Shown: positions 42,244 to 52,078 of the stretch, piece after piece
Position numbering within the stretch: position 1 is the first letter of the stretch
Layout: every line of letters begins with the position of its first letter
From: Candidatus Latescibacterota bacterium
Lineage (GTDB): Bacteria; Latescibacterota; UBA2968; GCA-2709665
Assembly: GCA_965248435.1 (NCBI GenBank)
Contig: OZ252100.1
Location: 1,344,001 to 1,408,000, forward strand
DNA length: 64,000 bases
Reading direction: 5' to 3'
Position numbers and translations under genes: made by a program
The notes under the pieces: model-generated
The model's input: the letters and a program-made list of their open reading frames with translations, nothing else
Told to the model about the DNA's origin: nothing
Databases searched by the model: none

Positions 42244-42547
42244 AGAGGCAATTCCCGGTCTGGACCCTTCGACAGGCTCAGGGCAGGGACCGGTCCCACA
42301 AGTTATGTCTGGTTGCCAGTTGAGGAAAAAGTGTCATAGACATGGATTGAGGCAGTTTGATGTCAGGCCCGCACCCTTGGCTGTGGGACCCGACCCCGGC
42401 TTGAGGCACGCCGGGGCACGTCCAGTCGGGGAAGGGCTATCTGCGATCCAATCGAGCCCATTTGTAGGGGTGTTGCTATTCGCCCTCGAGATACCGGCTT
42501 TATGATCTGCCCCTATTATCCAATGCCAGAGGCAGTCCCGGTCTGGA
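42244..42547. repeat. REP-like elements next to the RAYT remnant
   Basis: AGAGGCA..TCCCGGTCTGGA twice (42244-42264, 42528-42547); inverted pair GGTCCCACA (42292-42300) and TGTGGGACC (42382-42390); CCCTTCGACAGGCTCAGGGCAGG at 42265-42287. Confidence 0.55.
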
Positions 42548-42818
42548 GCCGGATCATCTCCACTTAATAGTAATGCTAGGAGAGCATCGATCCCTATCTC
42601 GAGTGGTCGCCTCATTCAGCAAACATACGTCTCGGGAAATCAATCGACATCTCGGTCGCTCTGGCCGTTTGTGGGAAAAGGGCTTTTATGAACGAAAGAT
42701 TCGCAACGAGGCTGAGCTCTTAAACCAACTCGGCTACATTAGAGAGAACCCCGTCAGAAAAGGCTACGTCGAGGGTGCGGGGGCTTGTCCCTATTGCGAT
42801 ATCTATCCAGAGTGGTGA
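42432..42818 (+). pseudogene. REP-associated tyrosine transposase (RAYT, Y1 HUH) remnant
   Basis: In-frame EPDHLH (HUH) at 42546-42563, LW.KGFYERKIR, YI.ENPVR.G; in-frame TAG at 42465 and a shortened N-terminal half. Confidence 0.75.
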
Positions 42819-42858
42819 CCGAGAGAAATCCCAACATGATTGACGATGGAGGAGCCTA

Positions 42859-44478
42859 ATGACCGGTGGTGAAATCCTGATTGAATGTTTGAAGGCACAG
42901 GGCGTGCGCTGTCTGGTCGGAATGCCAGGCGTTCAGAACATCCACGTCTATGACGCGCTGTCCCGAACGGATGAGATCAAGCACTACCTGATCCGGAACG
43001 AGCAGACCTCCACCCTCGTGGCAAACGGTTATGCACGCGCTTCGGGCGAGCCAGGCGTTGCGCTCACAGTCTCCGGCCCGGGGGCGAGCAATGCCGCCAC
43101 GGGGATCGGAGACGCCTATGCGGACTGCGTACCGGTCCTGCTCGTCACGGGGGGAACGGCCGCCTCCTTGGATGGCCGAGATCGGAGCAAGTGTGTTCAC
43201 GGCCTGGACCAGGCCGCGTTCTTCGCGCCGATCACGCGATTCTTCGCACGCCCCAAGCAGGTCCAGGAGATTCCCCAGGCCGTCGTCGGGGCCTTCCGGG
43301 CATTGAGGGCACCGAGGCCGGGTCCGGCGGTCATCGAACTCCCGATCGACATCGTCACCTCCGAAGGAAGCGTCTCCATCCCCGCATTTGTTCCGGGGGA
43401 ACGACCGACTCCGGACACAGACTCAGTCCGACAGGCGGCGCGCGTCTTGCAGGGATGCAAGCGCCCGATTATCCTGGCGGGTGGAAACGTCATCGAGGCG
43501 AATGCGACTGGAGAGCTGTCGGACCTTGCGAAACAGATTCAGGCCCCCGTCATCTCGACTCGATTGGGAAAGGGCGCAGTGCCCGACACGCATCCTCTTT
43601 CCGCGGGCCACTGCAAAGCCAAACTTGCCAAATCCATCCTGAAGGAGGCAGACGGCGTGCTCATCACGGGATGTCGAATGACGGAGACGGACACTTCGGC
43701 CTGGAAGCTCGAGCTGCCTCCGTCTCGGGTGCAGCTGGACCCTGACCCGGAAGAGATCGGGCGGGAATACCCGGTCGATATCGGTGTGGTTGGGGATCTC
43801 AAGCAGTCGATTACGACACTGTCCGAGGGGGTCCGTGAAGGCAAGGCAGGCGCCTCGGAGTGGAACGGGAGGATCGATCAGCTTCGAGGAGAGCTGACGG
43901 CAGGCAGGCCCTCATTGCCGATCATGTCGGAGATGCGTGAGGTTCTTGCGGATGATGCGATTATCTCTGTGGACGTGACTTCAATCGCCTACCGAGCGTT
44001 CGATGAGTTTCCGATCACGGTCCCGCGGACCTTCTTATACCCGTGCCACTACATCACGCTCGGGTTTGCGCTGCCCGCGGCGATCGGCGCAAAGCTGGCG
44101 CATCCGGACCGGCAGGTCGTCGCATTCTGTGGCGACGGCGGATTTCAGATGACGGCCTACGAACTCGCGACGGCAGCTGAGCACGGGATCGACGTCGTGT
44201 TTGTCGTCATCAACGACGGAGGGCTCACTGCCATCCGGGGGGCTCAGGCAAAAGCGTTCAACGGACGCACGACCGATACCGGGATGAACACACCCCACCT
44301 CGCCGATCTTGCTCGGACGATGGGTGCTCGCGGTATCCGGGTTACCCATCCCGAAAAGTTTCAGGCCGTCTTTGCGGATGTCCTGGATCTCGAAGGTCCC
44401 ACCGTCGTCGAAGTTATGATGGAAGACCAGAGAGAGGGGATCATCAACCGTATTCCGTGGCTCTATCCCGACTCATGA
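42859..44478 (+). CDS. Thiamine-pyrophosphate-dependent enzyme (acetolactate synthase/decarboxylase-like), substrate unknown
   Basis: G.PG, RNEQ catalytic Glu, GPG..N, LGFALPAAIGAK, GDGGF...ND. Confidence 0.9.
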   Translation: MTGGEILIECLKAQGVRCLVGMPGVQNIHVYDALSRTDEIKHYLIRNEQTSTLVANGYARASGEPGVALTVSGPGASNAATGIGDAYADCVPVLLVTGGTAASLDGRDRSKCVHGLDQAAFFAPITRFFARPKQVQEIPQAVVGAFRALRAPRPGPAVIELPIDIVTSEGSVSIPAFVPGERPTPDTDSVRQAARVLQGCKRPIILAGGNVIEANATGELSDLAKQIQAPVISTRLGKGAVPDTHPLSAGHCKAKLAKSILKEADGVLITGCRMTETDTSAWKLELPPSRVQLDPDPEEIGREYPVDIGVVGDLKQSITTLSEGVREGKAGASEWNGRIDQLRGELTAGRPSLPIMSEMREVLADDAIISVDVTSIAYRAFDEFPITVPRTFLYPCHYITLGFALPAAIGAKLAHPDRQVVAFCGDGGFQMTAYELATAAEHGIDVVFVVINDGGLTAIRGAQAKAFNGRTTDTGMNTPHLADLARTMGARGIRVTHPEKFQAVFADVLDLEGPTVVEVMMEDQREGIINRIPWLYPDS

Positions 44479-45282
44479 GTCAGATCCTGGAATTTCACGT
44501 CCGCAGTGCGGACAGACCTTCTTCTCTTCCCTCCTTCTCGCGATCTCCTCCGAAAATCCCGATCCCAGAATGCCGGCCGGAAGGGCAAACAAGCCGATCC
44601 CCATAAGGGCGATGACCGCCCCCAGGACCTTCCCGATGGGTGTAATCGGGTAGGCGTCACCATAGCCCACCGTCGTCAGTGTTACCATACCCCACCACAT
44701 GGCCGCTGGGATGCTGGAGAAGGCCTCTGGCTGAGATTTGTGCTCTGCGTAGTACATCAAACTCGAGGCCAAAACGAGCATAATCAGCAGAACAAACATG
44801 GTGACATAGAGCTCTCCCCGTTTGAGTCTGAGCACTCGCCCCAAAGACATCATGGATTCGGAGTATCTGGCCAGCTTGAACAGACGGAAGAGCCTGAACA
44901 GCCGCAGGGATCTCATCACCCGGAGGTCGACAGGAAGGATCTTCAGATAAAACGGCAAAATAGCGATCAGATCGATCAGGGCCATCGGAGTGATCAGGAA
45001 CTTCAACCTGCCGCTGACGGGATGTTTAAAGTCTTCATCCGCGGTAGAGCTCCAAAGTCGCAGCAGGTACTCCACCGTAAAAACGAGAACCGAAAAAATC
45101 TCGAAATATTCGAAGAAGGCGGCATACCTCGACGAAAGCTCTTCCATCGTCTCCAGAATGACCATGACGATGTTGAGGATGATAAGGCAGACGATGAAAA
45201 GATCGACCAGCCTGCTTGTCAAGTCCCCGTCCGATGCCTTTTCTAGAATCTCGTATGTTCGATCTTTTGCGCTTTTGCCCAT
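44473..45282 (-). CDS. 6-TM voltage-gated-type potassium channel
   Basis: S4 RSLRLFRLFRLFK, filter TTVGYGD, C-terminal CPHCG. Confidence 0.93.
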   Translation of the reverse strand: MGKSAKDRTYEILEKASDGDLTSRLVDLFIVCLIILNIVMVILETMEELSSRYAAFFEYFEIFSVLVFTVEYLLRLWSSTADEDFKHPVSGRLKFLITPMALIDLIAILPFYLKILPVDLRVMRSLRLFRLFRLFKLARYSESMMSLGRVLRLKRGELYVTMFVLLIMLVLASSLMYYAEHKSQPEAFSSIPAAMWWGMVTLTTVGYGDAYPITPIGKVLGAVIALMGIGLFALPAGILGSGFSEEIARRREEKKVCPHCGREIPGSDS

Positions 45283-45294
45283 GTTCGAAATCCT

Positions 45295-46062
45295 TTACTC
45301 GCTTGCTGAGGTTTCTCTTTGGGTCGTGGATCGCGATCTGTCCGGGTGCTCGTCCACACCCTCCTGAGTCTGATCCATCTCGCGATTTCCGTCTTCTGTG
45401 ATACTCGACCAAAGAGAGATCTCACGCTTTCCTTGAAGAGACAGCTCGTAGATGCCGAGTGACGCTCTGTCGAACCAGCCGTATACATTCTTATAAAGAA
45501 TATCCCTCGCTTTCGGCTCTCGAAGTTTCTCGGCGACCCGGGAAGCCTTTGTCGGCCCGTTCCCCTCCAGGAGCCGGGCGATCCTCAACGCCCTCTGTCG
45601 GTAGGCCGTCATGAGGCCCCTTCTCCGATCGGCTCCGCCCTGATTCGGGTCGCCCACACGCTGAACGAACTCGCCAAGCAGGCGCTCTCGCCGTTTTTTT
45701 GACCTGCGGGGTCTGTATTCGCCCGGATCGAGAAGTACGTCCACACCACCCGCCTCCAGGCGAGGATCTACCAGGAGTAGACCCAACCCGAGCATTCTGA
45801 GCAGCTTGAGGATCTGTCGCCGTCGCGCCTTGAGGATTGCGTTTCCCGCGGGGATGCCTACATACACCTTCGGGGTCAGGGCGAGTCTCTCAACAGCCTG
45901 CATAACGACGTTGAGATTCAGGGAGAGTTTGAGTTCGACAACGACTGGATCCTCGCACCCACGCACGGCCAGAACATCGCAGTCGTGGACCTCGCCCTTT
46001 ACCTCAAAATTCTGAGATTCAAGGAATCGTTTTACAGGAAGGTATAGATTCGCTTCTTTCAA
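45295..46062 (-). CDS. DUF2161-like putative PD-(D/E)XK protein
   Basis: E.NLY.PVK.FLE..FEVKGEV..CD, VELK, MTAYRQ.AL, N.YGWF.R...G.Y.L; start reassigned to TTG 46062. Confidence 0.78.
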   Translation of the reverse strand: MKEANLYLPVKRFLESQNFEVKGEVHDCDVLAVRGCEDPVVVELKLSLNLNVVMQAVERLALTPKVYVGIPAGNAILKARRRQILKLLRMLGLGLLLVDPRLEAGGVDVLLDPGEYRPRRSKKRRERLLGEFVQRVGDPNQGGADRRRGLMTAYRQRALRIARLLEGNGPTKASRVAEKLREPKARDILYKNVYGWFDRASLGIYELSLQGKREISLWSSITEDGNREMDQTQEGVDEHPDRSRSTTQRETSASE

Positions 46063-46219
46063 ACTTTTATCCAAGGCTTCGAACGCGCGTGGCCGCACGT
46101 CGGCGTCCGATCGATCGTACCAACAACAGAACAGGCGACAGCCACCTTTGGCTGTCGCCCGCTTTCCTAACCCCATAGGGTCACGTTCATTTCATAAGTC
46201 TGGAGAATCTCGCGATTTG

Positions 46220-48064
46220 CTACCGCAGTTCCCGTGACAGACCGCGCCCATCTCTGGCATACGTTTCCAGGATTTCTTCAATTTCACGCTGGAATTTCTC
46301 GAGCGGTTCGCGTACCTGGTTGCGGAACTCTTCCCTCAGCAAGGAGTGGTGCTCCTGTGCAATGGTTTGGAGTTGCCTCGCGGCCTGGTGAAGATCGATG
46401 TGCTCGAGATGCTCGAACCCGCCGTGAAAGGCCTGCATGAGCCGGCTCGCGTAAGCCCCCACGTTTCGCTGGATGGCCTCCCGGTAGCCCTTACAGTGTC
46501 TTTCCAGATACTCCAGAGCTTCAGGGAAAAAGGTCTTCATCTCATCCACGTGCATTGCCTGCTGCGTGGAGACAATCAAGTGATGACCCTGTACGGCCAG
46601 CCGCACTGCGTTTGCGAACGACCGGGGGTGGTACCTCAACGCCTTGTAAAAGTATTTCCAGTAATCCCACTTGTAGTTGCCGGCGAACCCCTGTCTCCAT
46701 AGGGAGCGGAAGAACGCCATGGTCTCCGGGAGTCGAATCGTCGTTTTTCCGAGGGGACGTCTACCCTGGTGTTTGAAAAGTGTCAGGCACCGCTCAAAGA
46801 AGATCTCCGGACTGTTGAGTGTCTCCACAACCCGTCTGTGTCGGTCGAAAAGTTCCTCCGGTTCGATGATCGGAACAAAGCTGAGTTCCCGGCTGAAGAT
46901 GCCGGAGTCTCCGGTGTACTTTACGCCTTCGACCAGACGACCCAAACGACTGAACCGCTTATAGTCTGGTGTGTCTCGAAGCACACCCAAAATGCCCACC
47001 ATGGCAACCGGAATGCCTGCTTCCTGAATAAAGGAGATCATCCGATCTGCAATGTCGTCCGGATCTGTGTCAAGTCCCATGATGAAGCCGGCCTGGACTT
47101 CGAACCCGTACTCCTGAAGGATCTTCACCTTGTCGAGAAGCGAAGTATTTCCCTGCAGGTTCTTCTGGGCACCCATGAACTTCAAGCTCTCCTCGACTGG
47201 AGACTCGATACCGGCGAATACCTTGTCGAACCCGGCCTGATACATCGCCTCCAGCAACGCAGGATCATCGCTCACTCGAATACTCGCCTGGGTATGGAAC
47301 TGAAAGGGGTAACCGCGCGCCTGCTGCCACGGAACGACCTCTTCCTCCAGTCCGATCCTGATCTCGTCCTTGTTCCCGACAAAATTGTCGTCCACCGCCA
47401 TAACAGACCCAATCCACCCGGCATCATACAGTGCGTCCAGCTCCTGGACCATACGGCTCTTGCTCTTGATCCGAGTCATCTTCCCGTAGAGCGAGGGGAT
47501 GTTGCAGAAGGTGCAGCTTTCAGGACATCCCCGCGTCATCTGGACCACCATGCTGCTGTAGTCTTTGAAATCGATGAGATCCCATCTTGGGAGCGGGGTC
47601 TTGCTCAGCTCCAGAAACTGGCCCCTGCGGTCGATATATTCTCGTTTAGAGCTGGCCCCGTTCTTGACCAGGTTTTCCAGGATATCCAGGAACCCGGTCT
47701 CCGCCTCCCCGAGAAAGAAGACGGCGTCTCCTTCGATTTCCTCGTAATACTGTGTCGGGAGGGGTCCCCCATTCAGCACGGGAATCCCGCGGGCGTTACA
47801 CCTGGCCATGACCCTTTCCAGGGAGTGCCAGTGGATGATCATGGTGGAGGTCAGCACGACGTCGGCCCAGTCCAGGTCCTCATCCGTCAGCGGCTTGACG
47901 TTCATATCCACCAGACGGAGTTCGTACTCCTCCGGCATCATCCCCGCGATCGTCAACAGGCCCAGAGGGGGGAACGCGGACTGTTTTCCAACCATCTTCA
48001 GGGCTTCGTCGAAACTCCAGAAGGTGATGGGATTCTCCGGAAAAACGAGCAGTGCTTTCGGCAT
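46220..48064 (-). CDS. B12-binding radical SAM protein (DUF4070-type C-terminus)
   Basis: PPLGLLT, GGP, RGCPESCTFC, VDDNF.GN, GIES, GFI.GLD.D. Confidence 0.88.
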   Translation of the reverse strand: MPKALLVFPENPITFWSFDEALKMVGKQSAFPPLGLLTIAGMMPEEYELRLVDMNVKPLTDEDLDWADVVLTSTMIIHWHSLERVMARCNARGIPVLNGGPLPTQYYEEIEGDAVFFLGEAETGFLDILENLVKNGASSKREYIDRRGQFLELSKTPLPRWDLIDFKDYSSMVVQMTRGCPESCTFCNIPSLYGKMTRIKSKSRMVQELDALYDAGWIGSVMAVDDNFVGNKDEIRIGLEEEVVPWQQARGYPFQFHTQASIRVSDDPALLEAMYQAGFDKVFAGIESPVEESLKFMGAQKNLQGNTSLLDKVKILQEYGFEVQAGFIMGLDTDPDDIADRMISFIQEAGIPVAMVGILGVLRDTPDYKRFSRLGRLVEGVKYTGDSGIFSRELSFVPIIEPEELFDRHRRVVETLNSPEIFFERCLTLFKHQGRRPLGKTTIRLPETMAFFRSLWRQGFAGNYKWDYWKYFYKALRYHPRSFANAVRLAVQGHHLIVSTQQAMHVDEMKTFFPEALEYLERHCKGYREAIQRNVGAYASRLMQAFHGGFEHLEHIDLHQAARQLQTIAQEHHSLLREEFRNQVREPLEKFQREIEEILETYARDGRGLSRELR

Positions 48065-48385
48065 TCGGCGCCTACCTTACAGTTTTCGGAACTACCAGAC
48101 AAAAAAATGCCCCGGAAGGCTAGGGGAGCCAAATAGATGATCCGTCCCTCCCGTTACGGCATCCTTCCCCCGACGAATGACCTTCCTGGGATGTTAGCTG
48201 TCAATATAAGTCATTTTTTCGACGCACCCAACAAAAAAGACTCCATCTCGTCTCCTCCAGCAGGGCCCCTGAATCTGATTCGACCGGGTAAATTTGAGAA
48301 TAATCCTGCACAGAAGGGGTGAGGTAACACATTGTTATTATTGACAGATAAATCGAATCCCTACGTTTTTGGGACGAAATGCTCC

Positions 48386-48727
48386 CTATCGGCTGATGGT
48401 TTCAGGCGCCAGAGGGTATTTCCCGTACTTTTGCCCGGCACGAACCATCGCCAGGTAATTCTCGGGATCGACGGACGAGTGTATGCTGTCGCTGGAACTG
48501 AGCATGAGGCCGCCGCCCATCCCCGCGTCCGCGACGCACTTGGCAACCGCGTCTTCAACAGACTCCAGCGATCCGTGGCTGAGCAATTCACCACAATCGA
48601 TGTTTCCGATCAGGCGAACGCGGTCACCGTACTTTCGCTTGACCTCTCCGATGTCCATCCCTACGATCGGCACCTGGTCTGGTTCTTCCCCTTTCATCGC
48701 CGCAAAGACCCGCTCTGCAGAATCCAT
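48386..48727 (-). pseudogene. Uroporphyrinogen decarboxylase-family gene with a large in-frame internal deletion
   Basis: Family N-terminus (ERV..A..GEEPD.VP) joined directly to the C-terminus (MDI.EVK..YG....GNID, GG..LSS...I....PENY.A); only 113 aa. Confidence 0.72.
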
Positions 48728-48829
48728 GACACACCTCCTGGATGATTTCCTTCAACAATGATTCCGTATCTCGTGAAACGTATCTCATCCGCAATCCACA
48801 ATCCGGAATCGATCACCGATCCACACGTT

Positions 48830-50044
48830 TCAGGATTTCGACTCCGCCGCTTCCGGTGCCGTCGATAGATCCAGGCCTGTTTGTTCGCGCTTTCGCATAA
48901 CCTCCGGCTTTACCCACTGGCTCACGATCAGTGAGATCACGGCCATAACCGAACCACTGAAGAAGATGATCTCGTAACCGAAGTAATGCCACGCCAGACC
49001 TCCCGTGACCGGGCCGATCACCGCGGCGATGTGGTTCATCGTCACGCCCATCGAAAGCGTCGGACCGAGGTCGCCCTTGTCTGCAATCTTGTGAATGTAG
49101 GTCGTGAGGGCGATCCCGCCGATAAAGAGGAGGTTATCGATGCAATAGATCACATAAAGCGTAGGCCTGTGTTGAACGATCGCATAACCCGCAAACACGA
49201 ACGCGAGGCCGAGGTAGCTGTAGCTCAACATCAAACGTTCCCCATACCGGTCGACGAGCCGGCCCATCAAGGGCGACGTAAGTGTTGACATCACCTGGTT
49301 GATCAACACCAGGATCATCGTCGTCTGCACGGGCATGCCGTGGACCTTTACCAGTGCAAAGATCGCGAAGGTCGTAAACATCTGTCTCCGCCATCCCGAG
49401 AGGACGTGGAGCCCGTAGAAGACCCCGTACCGCCGTTTGAGGACGAACCTCCGATCCGGTACCTCCGGCCGCTTTCGAGAAGCGAACATCAGCACCCCCC
49501 CCCCGAGCACCGTCGCCGTCCCGGCTGCTACATAGAGCCCTTCGTAGTCCATGAAACGGAACGTAAAAATGCAGATCCCGATCGTAATCAGCCATCCCAG
49601 ACTCGTCGCGCTTCGCAGCTCCCCCAGCCATTTTCCTTTCTTTCCCTCCGGAGAAAACGTGAGGGCCATCGTCTGTTCAAGTGGAAGCCAGCAGTGGAAT
49701 CCGAGGCTCCAGATCACGGAGTAGATCGCCAGGGAATAGACGCTCGAGACCTGAGCATAGGCCGCAATCCCCAGGCCCATCACGATCAGAGATACCCCTC
49801 CGACAATCGGGAGAGCCAGCCGGATCATCAGAGCGATGAAGAGGGCGTTCAGGAATCCGGGAACCTCGCGCAGGGATTCGATGGCGCCCAGCTCGTGGGC
49901 CTCGATTCCGAGTCTTTCTACGATGAAGTTGTTGAACAACGTGAGCTGAACGCCGTAGAAGACGCCTACCGAAAAGGCCGCTGATGCCAGCAGCGCGAAA
50001 TTCCGGTTCCAGTCCGAGAACCTTCGCTTTAGGTAGTAGACCAT
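48830..50044 (-). CDS. MFS transporter
   Basis: About 12 hydrophobic segments, motif A GRLVDRYGER. Confidence 0.88.
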   Translation of the reverse strand: MVYYLKRRFSDWNRNFALLASAAFSVGVFYGVQLTLFNNFIVERLGIEAHELGAIESLREVPGFLNALFIALMIRLALPIVGGVSLIVMGLGIAAYAQVSSVYSLAIYSVIWSLGFHCWLPLEQTMALTFSPEGKKGKWLGELRSATSLGWLITIGICIFTFRFMDYEGLYVAAGTATVLGGGVLMFASRKRPEVPDRRFVLKRRYGVFYGLHVLSGWRRQMFTTFAIFALVKVHGMPVQTTMILVLINQVMSTLTSPLMGRLVDRYGERLMLSYSYLGLAFVFAGYAIVQHRPTLYVIYCIDNLLFIGGIALTTYIHKIADKGDLGPTLSMGVTMNHIAAVIGPVTGGLAWHYFGYEIIFFSGSVMAVISLIVSQWVKPEVMRKREQTGLDLSTAPEAAESKS

Positions 50045-50060
50045 TCAGTCTCCGAAAAAA

Positions 50061-50156
50061 GTTTCCGGTTTCGAGTTTTCAGTTTCTAGTCCTATCGTCC
50101 ATTTTTGAGCGACCTTGCATTCCTGCCTTTAACTCGAAACCAGAAACCTGAAACTG
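50061..50156. repeat. Imperfect inverted array of GTTTC(N)2 / (N)2GAAAC heptamers
   Basis: GTTTCCGGTTTCGAGTTTTCAGTTTCTAG ... AACTCGAAACCAGAAACCTGAAAC. Confidence 0.65.
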
Positions 50157-50158
50157 AT

Positions 50159-51100
50159 TCAGTTAGCTAGAGGCTCCCAGATCTCTCCGAAGATGGATCG
50201 CAACCTCACAACGTCTGCATCCGGCAGAGGCGGCCCCAGGATGGCCTCCACATTGTCCTCTAGATGATCGATGTTCGAAGTGCCTGTGAGCACGGTGCTC
50301 ACTGCGGGATGTGCGGCCACATATTTGTAACCCGCCGCAGGCAGTGAGGTCACGTGTCCCTTCACCAGCCAGCCCAGGGGGTCATCGTCCGGCAAAGCGG
50401 TTTTGGCAATCAGACCTTTCGCCTTGGCCTCGGCAATCCGCTTCCGCATGTGCTCCGGCCTGCTGAGCGCCCTCCGGACCGGCATCATGCAGATCGCTCC
50501 GACGTCCTTTCGCTCGCAGATCGGGAGAATGACCTGCTCCGGATTGGGGTTCATCAGGTTATAACCCACCATCACAGTGTCGAACGTGTCATCGGCCAGG
50601 GCCAGACCGAGCGAGTCGTGGCGCCCGTCCTGGGAGTGATTCTCCGTGATTCCTACAAAACGGAATTTCCCCTGCTCCTGGAGTCGGAGCACGGCCGGCA
50701 GGGTCATTTCCACCGCCTCCCGGTACTCCCCGGGCAGTACTCCGTGAAGCTGAAATAGATCGATCGTATCCACGTTCAGGCTCCTGAGACTCCTTTCGAC
50801 GGATTCGATCAGCCCATCTTCGCTCGTGACCTTCCCTTCCCAAACCGGGTGGAACTTGGTCGCCACGATGTAGGCGTCCCTCGGCACGCCCCGAAGCGCC
50901 CGCCCCAGAATCGCTTCGCTCTCTCCATACGCTGCGGCCGAATCGAAAAAATTGATCCCCAGGTCCAGGGCACGCCTGACCAGCCGTGCGATCTCCGACT
51001 CAGAAACCCCCGATGTCTGCCCGAATTGACTCGGTCCACCCGTGCCGATCCCCAGAAGAGACACGCTGAGCCCGGTCCGGCCAAGGATTCGGTAGTCCAT
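50159..51100 (-). CDS. Aldo/keto reductase
   Basis: YR.LGRTGL.VS.LG.G, GINFFDSA..YG.SE, ATK, SLR.L..D.IDL.QLH; start reassigned to MDYRI. Confidence 0.92.
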   Translation of the reverse strand: MDYRILGRTGLSVSLLGIGTGGPSQFGQTSGVSESEIARLVRRALDLGINFFDSAAAYGESEAILGRALRGVPRDAYIVATKFHPVWEGKVTSEDGLIESVERSLRSLNVDTIDLFQLHGVLPGEYREAVEMTLPAVLRLQEQGKFRFVGITENHSQDGRHDSLGLALADDTFDTVMVGYNLMNPNPEQVILPICERKDVGAICMMPVRRALSRPEHMRKRIAEAKAKGLIAKTALPDDDPLGWLVKGHVTSLPAAGYKYVAAHPAVSTVLTGTSNIDHLEDNVEAILGPPLPDADVVRLRSIFGEIWEPLAN

Positions 51101-51329
51101 CAAACCGCCCCTCCGCTCGATTGAAAATGTCGCCAGAAACATCCAGAGGTGATCGAAAACAACCGAACTTGAAACTTCTCTAATTTTTCAGCGTTCATTT
51201 GATTAGGAATATATTAATCAGTCTGGATCAGCAAAGCCCTTTTCGTACGGGTCCTCCTTCACAACTTCTTCCAACATACATAGTTTTAATAGTGTTACTC
51301 TATTTCGAAAGAATTCTCTGAAAACTTCA

Positions 51330-51386
51330 TTGACAAAGGTTAAAACAGTCGTATTTTTAAAACGATCGATTAAATCATGCGTTTAA
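51330..51386 (+). promoter_or_regulatory. Promoter with three PsrA-like operator boxes upstream of tetR
   Basis: TTGACA at 51330; boxes AAAAC-AGTC-GTATT, AAAAC-GATC-GATTA, AAATC-ATGC-GTTTA. Confidence 0.6.
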
Positions 51387-51424
51387 TTCTCTGACGGTTT
51401 ATTCTCCTGATAAGGAGAGATTGG

Positions 51425-52078
51425 ATGAGCACCACCGATACTCGAGACCGATTGCTCGATGCCGCCGAACGGCTCTTTTCAGAACAGGGTCTCGAGGCCA
51501 CCTCGCTTCGATCCATCACGGCCCAGGCCTCTGCGAATCTGGCTTCCATCCACTACCACTTCGGTTCGAAAGAGGCCCTGATCCAGGAAGTCTTTGCGCG
51601 CAGGCTGGGACCCCTGAATGACGAGCGCCTGAGGCTCCTGGACAACGTGGAGAGAGAAGCAGGCGACGCCCCTCCGCCCCTGGAAGCGATCCTGGAGGCT
51701 TTCATCTCGCCCCCACTCAGACTTAGACTGGGACCCAAACGTGAGGGCAGGGACATCTGCAGGCTCATGGGGAGGATCTATTTCGAACCGTCGGAATTGA
51801 CGATGAACATCCTGGAGCAGTTCGACGAAGTCGTTCAACGGTTCACCTCAACCCTTGCTCGCACGCTCCCCGATCTATCTCAGCCAGAGCTCATGTGGAG
51901 ATTCTTTTTCATGATCGGAAGCATGGCCATGATGCTTGTCGGGGCGGACGTCATCAAGGAAAAGACCCACGGTATCTGTGATCCTTCCGATTTGGATGCT
52001 ACGCTCCGCCGCCTCGTCAATTTTGCGTCGGCAGGCATTCGCGACCCTCTCTCCGAACCCGTCGAGAGAACGCTATGA
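51425..52078 (+). CDS. TetR family regulator (PsrA-like)
   Basis: TRDRLLDAAERLF.E.G...TSLR.IT..A..N.ASIHYHFGSKE.L. Confidence 0.92.
   Translation: MSTTDTRDRLLDAAERLFSEQGLEATSLRSITAQASANLASIHYHFGSKEALIQEVFARRLGPLNDERLRLLDNVEREAGDAPPPLEAILEAFISPPLRLRLGPKREGRDICRLMGRIYFEPSELTMNILEQFDEVVQRFTSTLARTLPDLSQPELMWRFFFMIGSMAMMLVGADVIKEKTHGICDPSDLDATLRRLVNFASAGIRDPLSEPVERTL

Noticed and set aside
46769-48136. Long antisense ORFs (also 3222-4244, 10492-11433, 54249-56625, 60638-61648)
   Set aside because: Each mirrors a well-supported gene on the other strand, as expected in GC-rich DNA.
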